A DNA stretch of 64,000 nt, taken from Elainellaceae cyanobacterium. GTDB taxonomy: Bacteria; Cyanobacteriota; Cyanobacteriia; CAZCXK01. How positions within the stretch are numbered: the first letter of the stretch is position 1; each line of letters starts with the position of its first letter. Positions 9,095 to 19,270 of this stretch are shown here, one piece after another. Location of the stretch: assembly GCA_051117555.1 (NCBI GenBank), contig JBNPEG010000026.1, forward strand, positions 1 to 64,000. The letters are read 5' to 3'. The notes beneath the pieces were generated by a model. The model saw only the letters and a list, made by a program, of their open reading frames with translations. It had not been told where the DNA came from and made no database searches. A program made the translations under genes and the position numbers.

Positions 9095-10252
9095 TCAGAC
9101 TTCGGCGGGCTGAAGATCTTGAATCTTTTGCTCCAATGATTCCATCAGGGAGTGGAATGGTTTGTTGAATTTTTCGATTCCTTCCTCCAATAGCTCTTCC
9201 ATGACTTTATGCAAGCTAATCTGAATATCGGGATCGTTGAGAGACTGAAGTAGCTTGTGAGCTTCTTCAACACCTTGCTCAACTCGATCGCCTGCGATAT
9301 CACAGTGGTCAGCACATGCTTCTAGTGTCGCTGTGGGCATAGTGTTGACGGTATGAGGCCCAATCAGCTCATTGACGTACATTACATCGCTGTATTCAGG
9401 ATTCTTAGTACTTGTGCTTGCCCAAAGCAGGCGCTGTGCGTTGGCATTATGCTTTGCTAATTCCTGCCAGCGATCGCTACTGATCAGTTCATTAAATTTC
9501 TCATAGGCAACTTTGGCGTTGGCGATCGCAATCTTGCCCTTGAGTTCGTTAAGCCGAGCTTCGCGGTTTAGAGTTTCCGTTCCTTCTCCCTTCAGAAGCT
9601 CTTCAATGCGCTCATCGATTTTGGTATCGATGCGGCTTAGGAAGAAGCTTGCAACGGATGCAATTCTATTGATGGGCTTACCAGACTGCACGCGGCTTTC
9701 TAAACCTCGCATGTATGCCCAAGCTGCCTGCATATAATTTTCAACTGAGAACAGTAGGGTGATGTTGACGTTGATGCCTTCAGCGATCGCCTGCTCAACG
9801 GCTCCAAAGCCCTCCATGGTTCCAGGAATCTTAATCATCACGTTTTCGCGATCGATTGCATTGTAAAACCGCCGAGCTTCTGCAATCGTTCCTTGGGTAT
9901 CACGAGCTAATTCGGGAGAGACTTCGATGCTGACATACCCATCTTGTCCGTCTGTTTTCTCATAGATGGGACGAAACATGTCGCAGGCATTACGAATGTC
10001 TTCAAACACTAGCGATTCATAAATCTCTTGTGCAGATTTGCCCTCGCGAACTCCCGCTTCAATGTCGGCATTATATACATCGCTGCCGGAAATGGCTTTC
10101 TCGAAAATGGATGGATTGGATGTCAACCCGCAGAGTCCGTAGCGCTCAATCATGTTGTTAAGCTCACCAGATTCAATCAAATCGCGGTTAAGGTAGTCCA
10201 TCCACACGCTTTGACCGTACTCTTTGAGTTTTAAAATTGGGCTATCTGCCAT
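9095..10252 (-). CDS. tal: Transaldolase (long type-2 family)
   Basis: GQSVWMD, TSNPSIF, GYVSIEV, MIKIP (Schiff-base Lys), NVNITLLFS, SVASFFLSRID, RLLWASTS; GAGGAGG SD before 10252. Confidence 0.95.
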   Translation of the reverse strand: MADSPILKLKEYGQSVWMDYLNRDLIESGELNNMIERYGLCGLTSNPSIFEKAISGSDVYNADIEAGVREGKSAQEIYESLVFEDIRNACDMFRPIYEKTDGQDGYVSIEVSPELARDTQGTIAEARRFYNAIDRENVMIKIPGTMEGFGAVEQAIAEGINVNITLLFSVENYMQAAWAYMRGLESRVQSGKPINRIASVASFFLSRIDTKIDERIEELLKGEGTETLNREARLNELKGKIAIANAKVAYEKFNELISSDRWQELAKHNANAQRLLWASTSTKNPEYSDVMYVNELIGPHTVNTMPTATLEACADHCDIAGDRVEQGVEEAHKLLQSLNDPDIQISLHKVMEELLEEGIEKFNKPFHSLMESLEQKIQDLQPAEV

Positions 10253-10311
10253 AATTACTTTCCTCCTCGTTGAGGCTAACGTCATAGATACACGAAAGAC
10301 TAAATCGCGTC

Positions 10312-10833
10312 TTAAGCTGTAGCGGGTTCGCTGTATCCTTGAATGTTTTCGGGCTCAAACTGTCGCAAAATACGAGTCGCATTGCGGACAACGTCGTCTG
10401 TTCCTCTCACGACAATCAAATACTTGCCGGCGTTTAGACGGTTTCTATATGCTAACGCATCACCACTGCCAACTGTCCAGCCAACAGCGCCACCAACTAG
10501 AAGCGCACCCAAAGCGCCGGATGCTGCGCCCAAAATGCCGCCAATGATGTGATTAACAACGCCACTCGCAGACGAGATAATGTCAATTCCGGTGAGCAGG
10601 TTAAACGCATATCCAGCAATAAATCCAAAGGGGATTATCCAGTAAGCAAGTCGCGTTGACTGCTTTCCTGCTTGGTTATTCGGATCAATCAAGCCGAATT
10701 CGTCTGCACTTTGATATCCTTTACCCAAAATGCTAACTTGCTCAAAAGGTAGATTCTGGTTTTTCAGGGCAGCAAGTGCCTCTTCAGCTTGAATCCGATC
10801 AGATAGCACGGCAATAAGGTAATTCATATGCAA
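10312..10833 (-). CDS. Conserved hypothetical membrane protein (general-stress-protein-like, glycine-rich TM hairpin)
   Basis: 173-aa ORF, Gly-rich TM segments, Y..RL.AGKYL.VV C-terminus; directly upstream of tal. Confidence 0.75.
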   Translation of the reverse strand: MHMNYLIAVLSDRIQAEEALAALKNQNLPFEQVSILGKGYQSADEFGLIDPNNQAGKQSTRLAYWIIPFGFIAGYAFNLLTGIDIISSASGVVNHIIGGILGAASGALGALLVGGAVGWTVGSGDALAYRNRLNAGKYLIVVRGTDDVVRNATRILRQFEPENIQGYSEPATA

Positions 10834-10938
10834 AGTAAATCGAATTCGCTACTAGTTTTAACGTAGCGAATTTCATCTAATGAAACCTCTGTCGTCAGGA
10901 GTTTAACAATTTGTAAAGAGTAACTCTAACGATAGATT

Positions 10939-11862
10939 TCAAGACACTGCATCGTGTTCAAGCTGCCAGGTTTCCCAATAAATTCCTAGGCGCTGAGTAA
11001 AGGCTTTTGGCTTTTCTGCATAGATGCGGCGACCGAGAAACCCCGCGCGCGATCGCAGTTGGGCACGCCTGCGGTCGATCAAAGGAATCAAAACGTCTAA
11101 TCCACTGACATCCTGAAGTCGCCTGGGTTCGCTTAAGACGAAGTCGCGTAGCACAGACAAATCGTGTTCAGTACCGAGCAAACTCGCTAAATGGTGGACT
11201 TGATCGGCCCACTCCTTGATGATTTTTCGCCATACGGGGCGCAGGATAGAAAGGTGATACCACAAATATTTCACCCGCTTACGCCAGTCATGGTAGTTCT
11301 CGGCGGTTGGTGCTTCTGATAGACGATGCCACCCTTTATACCCCTGCTTATAGATTTTCTTAAATCCACCTTCAATGGCTGACCAATCGTTTTCTTCAAT
11401 TGACCAGGTGTCAACTCGTTCTCGCGCATCTTTAAGGGTCTGAATGGTCGTGGCGATCGCCTCTTGGGTGCCGAGCAAATACTCCCAGGTTGAGGCATAA
11501 TAGGCTTCGAGTGCTTGGCGTGCGTCATCGAATATCTCAACATCTGCAAGATTTTCGAAATGCTCCTGCAAATCGTCTAGCGTCTCGATGCGAACCTTAG
11601 CATCCCGAACATGGGAGAGTTGTTTGCCCATATCACGAAAATACGCATTCTCTTGTTTGTAGGAGTCTTCGCCTAGTTCATATCGAATGAGCCGTAAAAC
11701 AGCACGAATCTTCTTGAACCGTTTACGAGCATCGTGAATCGATTCGTCGCGATCGCGCTCAAACTCATCAAGGAGTTGCTCAAGGGCTCGATCAATTTGC
11801 TCTTTTACAATTCGCTTGACTCCCTCATCAAGCGTTTCCTGAGATTTAAGTCGGTACGCCAT
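10939..11862 (-). CDS. CHAD domain protein
   Basis: IHDARKRFKKIRAVLRL, HDWRKRVKYLWY and LG.EHDL motifs. Confidence 0.9.
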   Translation of the reverse strand: MAYRLKSQETLDEGVKRIVKEQIDRALEQLLDEFERDRDESIHDARKRFKKIRAVLRLIRYELGEDSYKQENAYFRDMGKQLSHVRDAKVRIETLDDLQEHFENLADVEIFDDARQALEAYYASTWEYLLGTQEAIATTIQTLKDARERVDTWSIEENDWSAIEGGFKKIYKQGYKGWHRLSEAPTAENYHDWRKRVKYLWYHLSILRPVWRKIIKEWADQVHHLASLLGTEHDLSVLRDFVLSEPRRLQDVSGLDVLIPLIDRRRAQLRSRAGFLGRRIYAEKPKAFTQRLGIYWETWQLEHDAVS

Positions 11863-11878
11863 GCATGCCTCATCCAAA

Positions 11879-13030
11879 TTAGCTCGTTACTGCAATGCCG
11901 GTTGTCGGTTTAGCCGGACGAAGACTCTCGTCCGTTCTCGCCTGGTACAGCGATGCTAGCCATTGCTCATTCTTACTAAGGTCTTCGACGATTTCGTCAA
12001 AGATCGCTACCGTGATGGGGTCAGTCAACGAATTTTGTAACCGATAGGCATCTACCACCCCTGTTTGCAAGTCACCTAACGCGCGACGAAGGATTTCGTT
12101 GCCCTTACTTTTTCTAAACCAGTGCTTAAAGCGGGCATACACAGCACTATTGGCCGCTAAGAAAGATTCATTGCCATCAAATGCCGCTAAACGCGCTTTC
12201 AGCATTTGGATATGCTTCTCTTTAATGACGCATATTTCTCGGAGTGCGGCGGCTACTTCCAGATCGGAGGTCTTTTCAGCATATTTCTCAAATGAATGGA
12301 GCCCATAGCGCTCACCCCGAATGGCAACATTGAGACAGGTTACGATTTCACGTCGACTCGATCCGCCCCACGCTTCGGCAAGTGTCCATGCGTCTGTCGT
12401 GTCGTTACCTGAATCATCGGGTAGATTCCCGTCATGAGGTTTCAAACCCAGCCGCGAAAGAAGGGCAGTCGTAAAGCTGACCAAATCTCCCGGACGACGC
12501 GCTGTAATCAGATTGGTATCAACAACGAGGGGTTCATTCACATACTGAGAACCCGCATTTTCCAGATCCTGACGAATGCTGTGAAAACCTGTTAGACGCT
12601 TGCCGCGAATCACATCCGCCTCAATTAGTACTTGAGGCCCATGACAAACCGTTGCAATGATTTTTTCCTGTTCCATCGCTTGCTGAATAAAGCGGACGAC
12701 ATTTGTATTACTCCGCATGTAGTCCGGAGCATGTCCTCCGGGTATCACAACCGCATCAAAGCGATCGGCGCGAATCTCTGCAAACGTGACATCTAACTTA
12801 GTTGAGACATATCTACGTTTGCCCTGGTACCGTTCATTCATGCGCGGTCCAACTACATAAACATCAGCACCCGATGCCTGCAATGCCCGGTAAGGAACTT
12901 GAAATTCAGAATCTTCAAATCCCTGTTCAATCAAAATAGCCACTCGCGGCTGATTGTGAGATTGGTTGGGCTGCTCAACTTGAGTATCTGTAGTTTGTTC
13001 GTCTACAGGCTGGTTCATAGATTCATTCAT
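11879..13030 (-). CDS. DJ-1/PfpI (YhbO-like) protein with C-terminal ferritin-like helical domain
   Basis: FEDSE, IPGGHAPD, VCHGPQ, NLITAR; C-terminal GER...E..H pattern. Confidence 0.85.
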   Translation of the reverse strand: MNESMNQPVDEQTTDTQVEQPNQSHNQPRVAILIEQGFEDSEFQVPYRALQASGADVYVVGPRMNERYQGKRRYVSTKLDVTFAEIRADRFDAVVIPGGHAPDYMRSNTNVVRFIQQAMEQEKIIATVCHGPQVLIEADVIRGKRLTGFHSIRQDLENAGSQYVNEPLVVDTNLITARRPGDLVSFTTALLSRLGLKPHDGNLPDDSGNDTTDAWTLAEAWGGSSRREIVTCLNVAIRGERYGLHSFEKYAEKTSDLEVAAALREICVIKEKHIQMLKARLAAFDGNESFLAANSAVYARFKHWFRKSKGNEILRRALGDLQTGVVDAYRLQNSLTDPITVAIFDEIVEDLSKNEQWLASLYQARTDESLRPAKPTTGIAVTS

Positions 13031-13396
13031 ATTTTTTCGCTATTTTTTTCGCTATTTTTTTTCGCTGCTGAAGTATTGAATTCTGTAGAAGGTTTTTGCT
13101 CTATGTTTGGGTTTAACTGTATAAAATAATGCAGATCGTTCGCATCATTCTGAGGTCACAGCCTGTCATCTGTCATTTGAGAGAGTTATCACGTTTAGAT
13201 AGCCTCATGTCGAGAACTCCTTCATTTTGAAGATGACAATCCGACAACAGATTTTATAGGGTGAGTGTGAATCATTTAATCAATTCAAAAATAAGTCAAT
13301 TTTTGGTCAATTTTTGAAATCGCCTTGAGATTGATAGCGGTTATTTTCAATAGCCCCATCTTGAGGATGATGTTGCTAGTTAGGAGTTAATGACAT

Positions 13397-13879
13397 ATGG
13401 CAGATCGTTCCCGTCCGATGCAAAGTTCAGCGGACGAATCTATCAGAAATTCAGCGATCGCCCCCGACAGTATAGATGCGAATGACGATGAAGCGATCGC
13501 CGCTAATCCTATAACAGAGCCTGATCCTGTGCTAAAGCCTGATCCGGCTGAAACGGTGCCAGAAGGGGTTGAGGATCGCAACACGGGCTCTGGTGATGTG
13601 GTGAGTCAAGCGAGCGATCGCATGGCAACCGGCAGCAATACAACCGGCGGCGACATGGATGCCAATCTCGGTCAAGCCAAAGTGGTTGGGGAAGAAGCCG
13701 TTGGTGGAACAACTCCCACTCCAGACCAGGATGTTGTGGATGAAATTGCAGCATCTGTTGGAGTTGACATACCTGATAAAAAGCCTGTCCAGGTTAGTGA
13801 TGATTTAGAGCGACGAGATGATCAGCGATGGGAGCTTGATCCCCAGTCGTCAGAAGATTATCAACGACACAAACCTTAG
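13397..13879 (+). CDS. Acidic low-complexity protein (DUF6335-like)
   Basis: TGGDMDA...A..VGEEAVGG.TPTPDQD.VDEI...VG and LERRD..RWELDP.S motifs; AGGAG SD. Confidence 0.8.
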   Translation: MADRSRPMQSSADESIRNSAIAPDSIDANDDEAIAANPITEPDPVLKPDPAETVPEGVEDRNTGSGDVVSQASDRMATGSNTTGGDMDANLGQAKVVGEEAVGGTTPTPDQDVVDEIAASVGVDIPDKKPVQVSDDLERRDDQRWELDPQSSEDYQRHKP

Positions 13880-14398
13880 GGGCCGTAAAGAAACAGCGTC
13901 ACGGCTTGATTGATGTGAATTGTGAGTGGTGGGCGGCGCCCGCCACTCACAATTTGAGATTGCTATAAATAAGGATCAGGGACATCGTATGATGATGCCC
14001 CTGAATAAATTGTGAAAGAATGGTTGCGAATAGAGAGTATGGGATGGACTTAGGCGTTTATCACCTCAGACTGTTCTGTCGGAGAATTTAATCCCCCCTT
14101 GGTGATAACAAAGCGAAGGAAGCGACAAAAACTTCACACCGCCTAAATCCATTAATCATCCTACAGTCCAGACATCTGACGTCGCTCTCCTTCGATGTCC
14201 GGCAATGAGCCACAACAGAAAAACACTCATCCTGTACGACAACAAGTTTTCTATTCTTTATTTAGAATACCGTCCATAATTCATGATTTCATCACACTAT
14301 CGGGCAAGATTTTAAACCGTAGTTTCAATCCAATGGTAGAGACTAAATCGTCACGATATCTTCTAAATTCGTCTATTCAACTAGTAGATTCATTGATC

Positions 14399-14478
14399 TA
14401 TAGAAATCTCAGATGGTGTGTGAGTGGTAGGCGCCGCCCCCCTCACACACAATTCACAAGCGATTTAGGGTCGCTATA
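14399..14478. mobile_element. MITE-like family C copy (TATAG...CTATA ends)
   Basis: TATAGAAATCTCAGATGG...GATTTAGGGTCGCTATA; related copies at 24174-24274, 13916-13967 (partial) and more distantly 41354-41447. Confidence 0.65.
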
Positions 14479-14537
14479 TTTTATAATTAAAAGCGATGAA
14501 AATCTTAAAGTTTCTTAACAGTTAGGAGGGTAATAGG

Positions 14538-15983
14538 TTGGGTCATTCAAATCCCACAGCGCTTCTAAATGAATTATTAGAACTCCGGAACTCCATCATT
14601 GAGGCGGGACAATTGATCCTTCAACGATGGCGATCGCCGACATCCGACACTCATTCATTTCATACAAGTGCCCAGAATCTTGCCTATTACCTCGCCCTTC
14701 AACACCATGACATGTATGGGCTTCAGCGTGCATTGATGCCTTTGGGATTGTCCCTCAATCATTATGAATCTCGTGTTTTACCTGCCCTAGATGCAGTGAT
14801 TGCGAGTTTGAGATCCCTGGGTGAAAAAAAAGTCAATGCTCACCCATCCTGGCACACTTTCTTTGAAGGGGAGCAGTTACTTCATCAACGCAGCCGAGCT
14901 TTGTTAGGGGATGTTAATTCTCGTCAGGCCATCAGAATCATGGTGACCTTGCCGTCTGATGCCGCAAACAACTACGATCTACTTCGCGATTTGTTGAATT
15001 ATGGTGTCAAGTGTTTGCGGATCAACTGCGCTCATGATGGTCCAGATGAATGGGGCATGATGGTTAACCATTTGCGGCGTGCAGAAGTAGAAACTGGGCA
15101 GTCTTGCCGATTATTAATGGATTTAGGCGGAATTCAAGCCCGAACAGCAGATATCACGATCGATGAGCGAGTGCCCCATCGGGTTCATCCGGGCGATCGC
15201 ATCTTGTTGACCACTGAAACACCCCAACCGCACCCCTCTGTCTCCTACCAATTCCGATGCACGATTCCCGACGTCGTAGACCAGCTTGACATAGGGCAAT
15301 CAGTTTGGATTGATGATGGTCAACTCGGCACTCGGGTTATAGATATCACGTCAGAGGGAATCTGGCTTGAAGTCAGTCATGCTCGTCCTGAAAAGGGGGA
15401 AAAGCTGAAAGACGATAAAGGTATGAATTTTCCAGATACCGATATTTTCTATCCATCGTTACGTGAGAAGGATCGCAGTGACTTAGACTTCATTGCCACT
15501 CACGCCGATATAGTGGGGCATTCATTTGTACAAACTGCGGATGATATCCAGCAGCTTATAGATGAAATCAAAAATCGAGGCGATCGCCAGCATCCTCTTG
15601 GGATTATTGCCAAAATTGAAACATCCTCATCTATTCACAATTTGCCTGACATCATCATGCAGGCAATCCATCAGTGCCCCTTTGGAGTCATGATTGCGCG
15701 GGGTGATCTAGCTGTAGAGGTAGGCTACCAACGTATGGCAGAACTCCAAGAAAAAATTCTTTGGACGTGTAAGGCAGCCCATATCCCTGTTATTTGGGCT
15801 ACGGATGTTCTCAGGCAACTCGCTAAAAAAGGAACACCGTCACGTGCAGAAATAACGGATGCTGTAATGGCAGGGCGCTCGGAGTGCGTCATGCTAAATA
15901 AAGGTGCGTTCATTCTAGACGCGGTCACAATGCTTGATGATATAATCCGCCGAACTAAGAGGGACGCTGATCGTCTGGGGTGA
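14538..15983 (+). CDS. pyk: Pyruvate kinase, atypical (N-terminal extension, no C-terminal regulatory domain)
   Basis: RINCAHD, DLGG, IDDG, AKIET, MIARGDL, SRAEITD, CVMLNKG; AGGAGG SD before TTG. Confidence 0.85.
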   Translation: MGHSNPTALLNELLELRNSIIEAGQLILQRWRSPTSDTHSFHTSAQNLAYYLALQHHDMYGLQRALMPLGLSLNHYESRVLPALDAVIASLRSLGEKKVNAHPSWHTFFEGEQLLHQRSRALLGDVNSRQAIRIMVTLPSDAANNYDLLRDLLNYGVKCLRINCAHDGPDEWGMMVNHLRRAEVETGQSCRLLMDLGGIQARTADITIDERVPHRVHPGDRILLTTETPQPHPSVSYQFRCTIPDVVDQLDIGQSVWIDDGQLGTRVIDITSEGIWLEVSHARPEKGEKLKDDKGMNFPDTDIFYPSLREKDRSDLDFIATHADIVGHSFVQTADDIQQLIDEIKNRGDRQHPLGIIAKIETSSSIHNLPDIIMQAIHQCPFGVMIARGDLAVEVGYQRMAELQEKILWTCKAAHIPVIWATDVLRQLAKKGTPSRAEITDAVMAGRSECVMLNKGAFILDAVTMLDDIIRRTKRDADRLG

Positions 15984-16215
15984 CGGGCTTGCTGAATCCT
16001 AATGAACCTGCCGCAGTAATGTCATTAGCCGTTAGTTCATCTCGATTCGGTTGTTCTCGAACGATCTCCGGTCGGTTAGAAAAAAGCTCGATATGCTCTT
16101 CAGCACTTGTTTCATCTAGGTTCCCTGTATAGTTCGCAAAGTATGAGTCAATATCAGCCGGATTCAGGTGAGAGCAAGCTGCTTTGATTTTGTTGATAAA
16201 CTGTTCAAATTTCAT
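15955..16215 (-). CDS. Small hypothetical protein
   Basis: 86-aa ORF with AGGAGA SD; 3' end overlaps the convergent pyk by 29 nt. Confidence 0.6.
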   Translation of the reverse strand: MKFEQFINKIKAACSHLNPADIDSYFANYTGNLDETSAEEHIELFSNRPEIVREQPNRDELTANDITAAGSLGFSKPVTPDDQRPS

Positions 16216-16492
16216 GTTGAATCTCTCCTAATATTCTCGTATAACTCTTGATTTAAGAAGATTTAAGGGCGATCGCCTTTAATTCTGTGTTACCAAAATC
16301 CGACGCGCTTTTTCGTCTTGCGGGAGTAAGAGATTCAAGAATATAAGCGATATACGTTTTGCATCATCTTTGCGGGGCATCGGATTGCACGACGGCAGGC
16401 TCAAATGATTTGTGAAAACCTCTCTCATCGGGACTTACACAACGGGTAGTGGTGTCCGCTAAATGCAGAACATGGACATTCGATCAGAGGTG

Positions 16493-16536
16493 TCTAACCT
16501 TCGATAGATCAATTGAAAGCATCTATTTGTTAAGAT
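16493..16536 (+). promoter_or_regulatory. Palindromic box plus -10 upstream of rhodanese gene
   Basis: TCTAAC-CTTC-GATAGA (16493-16508), 22 bp spacer, TAAGAT (16531-16536). Confidence 0.55.
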
Positions 16537-16567
16537 TTGTACTAATGTTAGTAATGGAGAGTTTCTT

Positions 16568-16969
16568 ATGGAAAACATGCAAGAAACCGTCCAAAATGCG
16601 AAAGATACGGTCACGACTCCTCTACCCAGTCCCCCCGATTTGGAAAAGAAATCGAGTGCCAGTGATCTGAAGGAGAGACTAAACTGGGGCGAGCCTGCGC
16701 TGACCATTGTCGACGTGCGGAGCCATGAGGCATTTAGCCAAGAGCGTATTACGGGTGCCGTTAATATTCCGATGAATCAGTTGGTCGCAGAAGTCCAAGA
16801 GAATCTTGAAAAGAGCCGAGACATCTATGTATATGGAAGCTCGGACGAGGAAACTGAGCATGCTGCGGCTCAACTGCGTGAAGCAGGTTTCAGTAGCGTC
16901 GCTCAACTAGAAGGCGGCTTGTCTGCGTGGAAATCAGTGGATGGCCCCATTGAAGGTCGTGGAGTTTAA
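16568..16969 (+). CDS. Rhodanese-like domain protein
   Basis: IVDVRS....ERITGAVNIP and LEGGLSAW motifs; no active-site Cys. Confidence 0.9.
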   Translation: MENMQETVQNAKDTVTTPLPSPPDLEKKSSASDLKERLNWGEPALTIVDVRSHEAFSQERITGAVNIPMNQLVAEVQENLEKSRDIYVYGSSDEETEHAAAQLREAGFSSVAQLEGGLSAWKSVDGPIEGRGV

Positions 16970-17143
16970 CTGGGCGTAGTTTACTCTACATTTCCTAGAT
17001 CTTAGATCTGGACTAATGTATGCTTCGAACGCACCAAGCGATTTATAGTTGGTGCGTTTGTGCTAAGTATTTAGACTTTCATACCCAAACTTTCATCTGG
17101 ACATCGGAAAATTTGGGAGGGAAGTTCACTCACCCCAATGATG

Positions 17144-17332
17144 TCATTCTTTGTCAACATCAGGAACAATGTCAGGGCGTTCCTTATCTTCCCAGCCGGT
17201 CGGACGTTTCGAGTTGTACCATGCAATTGAACCGATTGCAGCCGCGGCAATAAAACCAATCACAAGAACTAGCGTTGCTGATACAGGAAAGTGAGACGCA
17301 CTATTGGCAACATCAGCAGCAAATAAAATCAT
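17144..17332 (-). CDS. psb35: Photosystem II assembly protein Psb35-like
   Basis: Single TM with GFIAA..IGSIAWYNSKRP.GWEDKERPD motif. Confidence 0.75.
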   Translation of the reverse strand: MILFAADVANSASHFPVSATLVLVIGFIAAAAIGSIAWYNSKRPTGWEDKERPDIVPDVDKE

Positions 17333-17457
17333 CAGTTTGCACCTCTATGCTTATCATTCTTATATTTTTATCGTATTGATGCTCTCCAGACTACTAGAAA
17401 GAATTTAAATAGCACCTCCCTCTAGATGTATATTTTAATTCAACCCGAAGAAATAGA

Positions 17458-17874
17458 TTGGCTCATATGACGAATTCAGATGCCCAGCGTCGTCTCCCAG
17501 AATGCGCCTACTGCATGTTTTATGCAGACAGTCCGCATTTGGTCTGCGCCATTCATCCGCAAGGGCCGTCGAGTGAGTCATGCCTCGACTTTCGAGAAGA
17601 TGATCATGCCTTGAAGCACTGGAGCGCATTTCTCGGATTAGATTGGCACACGGTTGATGCATGTTGGCAGCCCGACGGCGAACCTATCCATATAGGAGAA
17701 TTTATCGTACAACCTCAACGGCGACTCTCTGTCGATGAACAAATGCAGTTAGCCGACTCGCATCCTACCTTCACACATCGTTGCCCCGATTGTGACTATC
17801 ATTATTCTCCAGACGCCCCGCCACCTGAGCATTGGGAATGCCCTCGCTGTGGATGGAGCGATCGCCTCGAATAA
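17458..17874 (+). CDS. Cys-rich hypothetical protein (putative Zn-binding)
   Basis: C..C.FY...P.LVCAIHP.GP...CLDF N-terminus; C-terminal CPDC and CPRCGW. Confidence 0.7.
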   Translation: MAHMTNSDAQRRLPECAYCMFYADSPHLVCAIHPQGPSSESCLDFREDDHALKHWSAFLGLDWHTVDACWQPDGEPIHIGEFIVQPQRRLSVDEQMQLADSHPTFTHRCPDCDYHYSPDAPPPEHWECPRCGWSDRLE

Positions 17875-18128
17875 ACGAGACGATCTGCGTTTTGCGCTAC
17901 TATCAGGGCAACACCGAAATCAAGTCACGCATTCCAATCGTGGTATTGTCTTCGATAACCGCTATTAAGTCTCTTCCTTTAATAATGTTGCGGTTATCTA
18001 TTTTGTGTACAGCGTATTTACAAACCATCAGCAGGCAGTAGTAGCAAGTAGCAGTTAGCAAGTAGCAATCAGCAGTCAGCAGGACTCCTGGCTCCCTACA
18101 TTGTGTTAGCGCAAAAAGCTTAACATGG

Positions 18129-18250
18129 TAGTGTTGTGACATGCCTAAAATAGTGCATCAAGAGGGTGTCGTTAGCGCAGCATAACGCACCGGATTCAAG
18201 AGCTTCAGCCCTTTAAGGATTTGCACTATTTTAAGCATGTCAGACCAGTA
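18129..18250. mobile_element. MITE-like family B copy
   Basis: TAGTGTTGTGACATGCCTAAAATAGTGCA...TGCACTATTTTAAGCATGTCAGACCAGTA; interior very similar to 6719-6840. Confidence 0.75.
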
Positions 18251-18499
18251 GTGGTGCGTCTAACCTAATCTTGTAGCTTGGGTATATAGCTCTACAAGTT
18301 CAGATTTGTGTGTGGAATCCCTACGACGAGGGAGTTCTATACATGTTCAATGCCCTAACACTCTCGCATTAGGTCGTATCACTTCGAATTTGATGGCGTG
18401 TCTGTGAGCGTTGTTCTGCCGGACATTCAACGGCCTTGTTACAAGCAGTAATAATATTTTAGTTTTAGAGCACACCTCTTCTAAAAAATGCTAAGGTAA

Positions 18500-18595
18500 A
18501 TTCGGTTGGTTTTCGGCAGAGTACGCTTGTTTCAGCTTTCGTTTGCAGGCACATCTCCGATCTGACTCTCTACATTTTTCTATTGGAGGTGTCCA
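18500..18595 (+). promoter_or_regulatory. Conserved-type structured 5' leader of cyanobacterial rbp gene
   Basis: TTCGGCAGA (18512-18520) can pair with TCTCCGA (18554-18560), resembling boxes of cold-inducible rbp leaders; extended -10 TGCTAAGGT just upstream. Confidence 0.5.
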
Positions 18596-18904
18596 ATGTC
18601 TATTTACGTAGGTAATTTGTCTTACGACGTCACCCAAGACAACCTATCGCAAGTTTTTCAAGAATACGGTAAAGTCAATCGCGTCAGTCTACCAACAGAC
18701 CGCGAAACGGGTCGCCCACGCGGGTTTGCCTTTGTCGATATGGAAAATGAAGATCAGGAAACAGCAGCAATCGAAGATCTCGATGGTGCTGAATGGATGG
18801 GGCGCGACCTGAAAGTTAATAAAGCCCGCCCTCGTGAACAAAAGCGCTCTTCCGGAGGAGGACGTTGGGGAGAGCAGCGTCAGCAGTTCTCTCGCTATAG
18901 CTAG
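18596..18904 (+). CDS. RRM RNA-binding protein (Rbp family)
   Basis: RNP2 IYVGNL, RNP1 RGFAFV, short Gly/Arg tail. Confidence 0.95.
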   Translation: MSIYVGNLSYDVTQDNLSQVFQEYGKVNRVSLPTDRETGRPRGFAFVDMENEDQETAAIEDLDGAEWMGRDLKVNKARPREQKRSSGGGRWGEQRQQFSRYS

Positions 18905-18960
18905 CGTCAGTCTGTTAACCGGATTTCAGACCTTATATTGTTATAGCTCTTGAGCTTTTG

Positions 18961-18986
18961 GGGCAGGCAAGTGGTCTGCCCTTTTT
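18961..18986 (+). terminator. Intrinsic terminator-like hairpin between rbp and rpsU
   Basis: GGGCAG...CTGCCC stem followed by TTTTT. Confidence 0.55.
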
Positions 18987-19013
18987 GTGTTGTGCGTAAA
19001 AGGAGAACAGTCT

Positions 19014-19202
19014 ATGGCCCAAGTTATCCTTGGGGAAAACGAAGCAATTGAATCGGCACTACGGAGGTTTAAGCGAAAAGTGTCTCGTGCCGGAATTTTT
19101 CCAGACATCAAAAAGAATCGTTTCTTTGAGACTCCGCTAGAGAAACGTAAGCGGAAAAAACTTATCAAAAACAGGCAGAGTAAGCAGCGGGGTCGGCGCT
19201 AA
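19014..19202 (+). CDS. rpsU: 30S ribosomal protein S21
   Basis: [12 protein letters not shown]...FFETP.EKRKRK; AAGGAG SD before ATG 19014. Confidence 0.95.
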   Translation: MAQVILGENEAIESALRRFKRKVSRAGIFPDIKKNRFFETPLEKRKRKKLIKNRQSKQRGRR

Positions 19203-19270
19203 CGCTTTGGCTTCGACAAGAGCGATCTAGCCCTGATCCTCTGACATCTATAGCGCATTTGTTTGGTGGG

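Noticed and set aside
17903..18142. 79-aa minus-strand ORF
   Set aside because: Built from heptamer repeats and the end of a MITE; likely spurious
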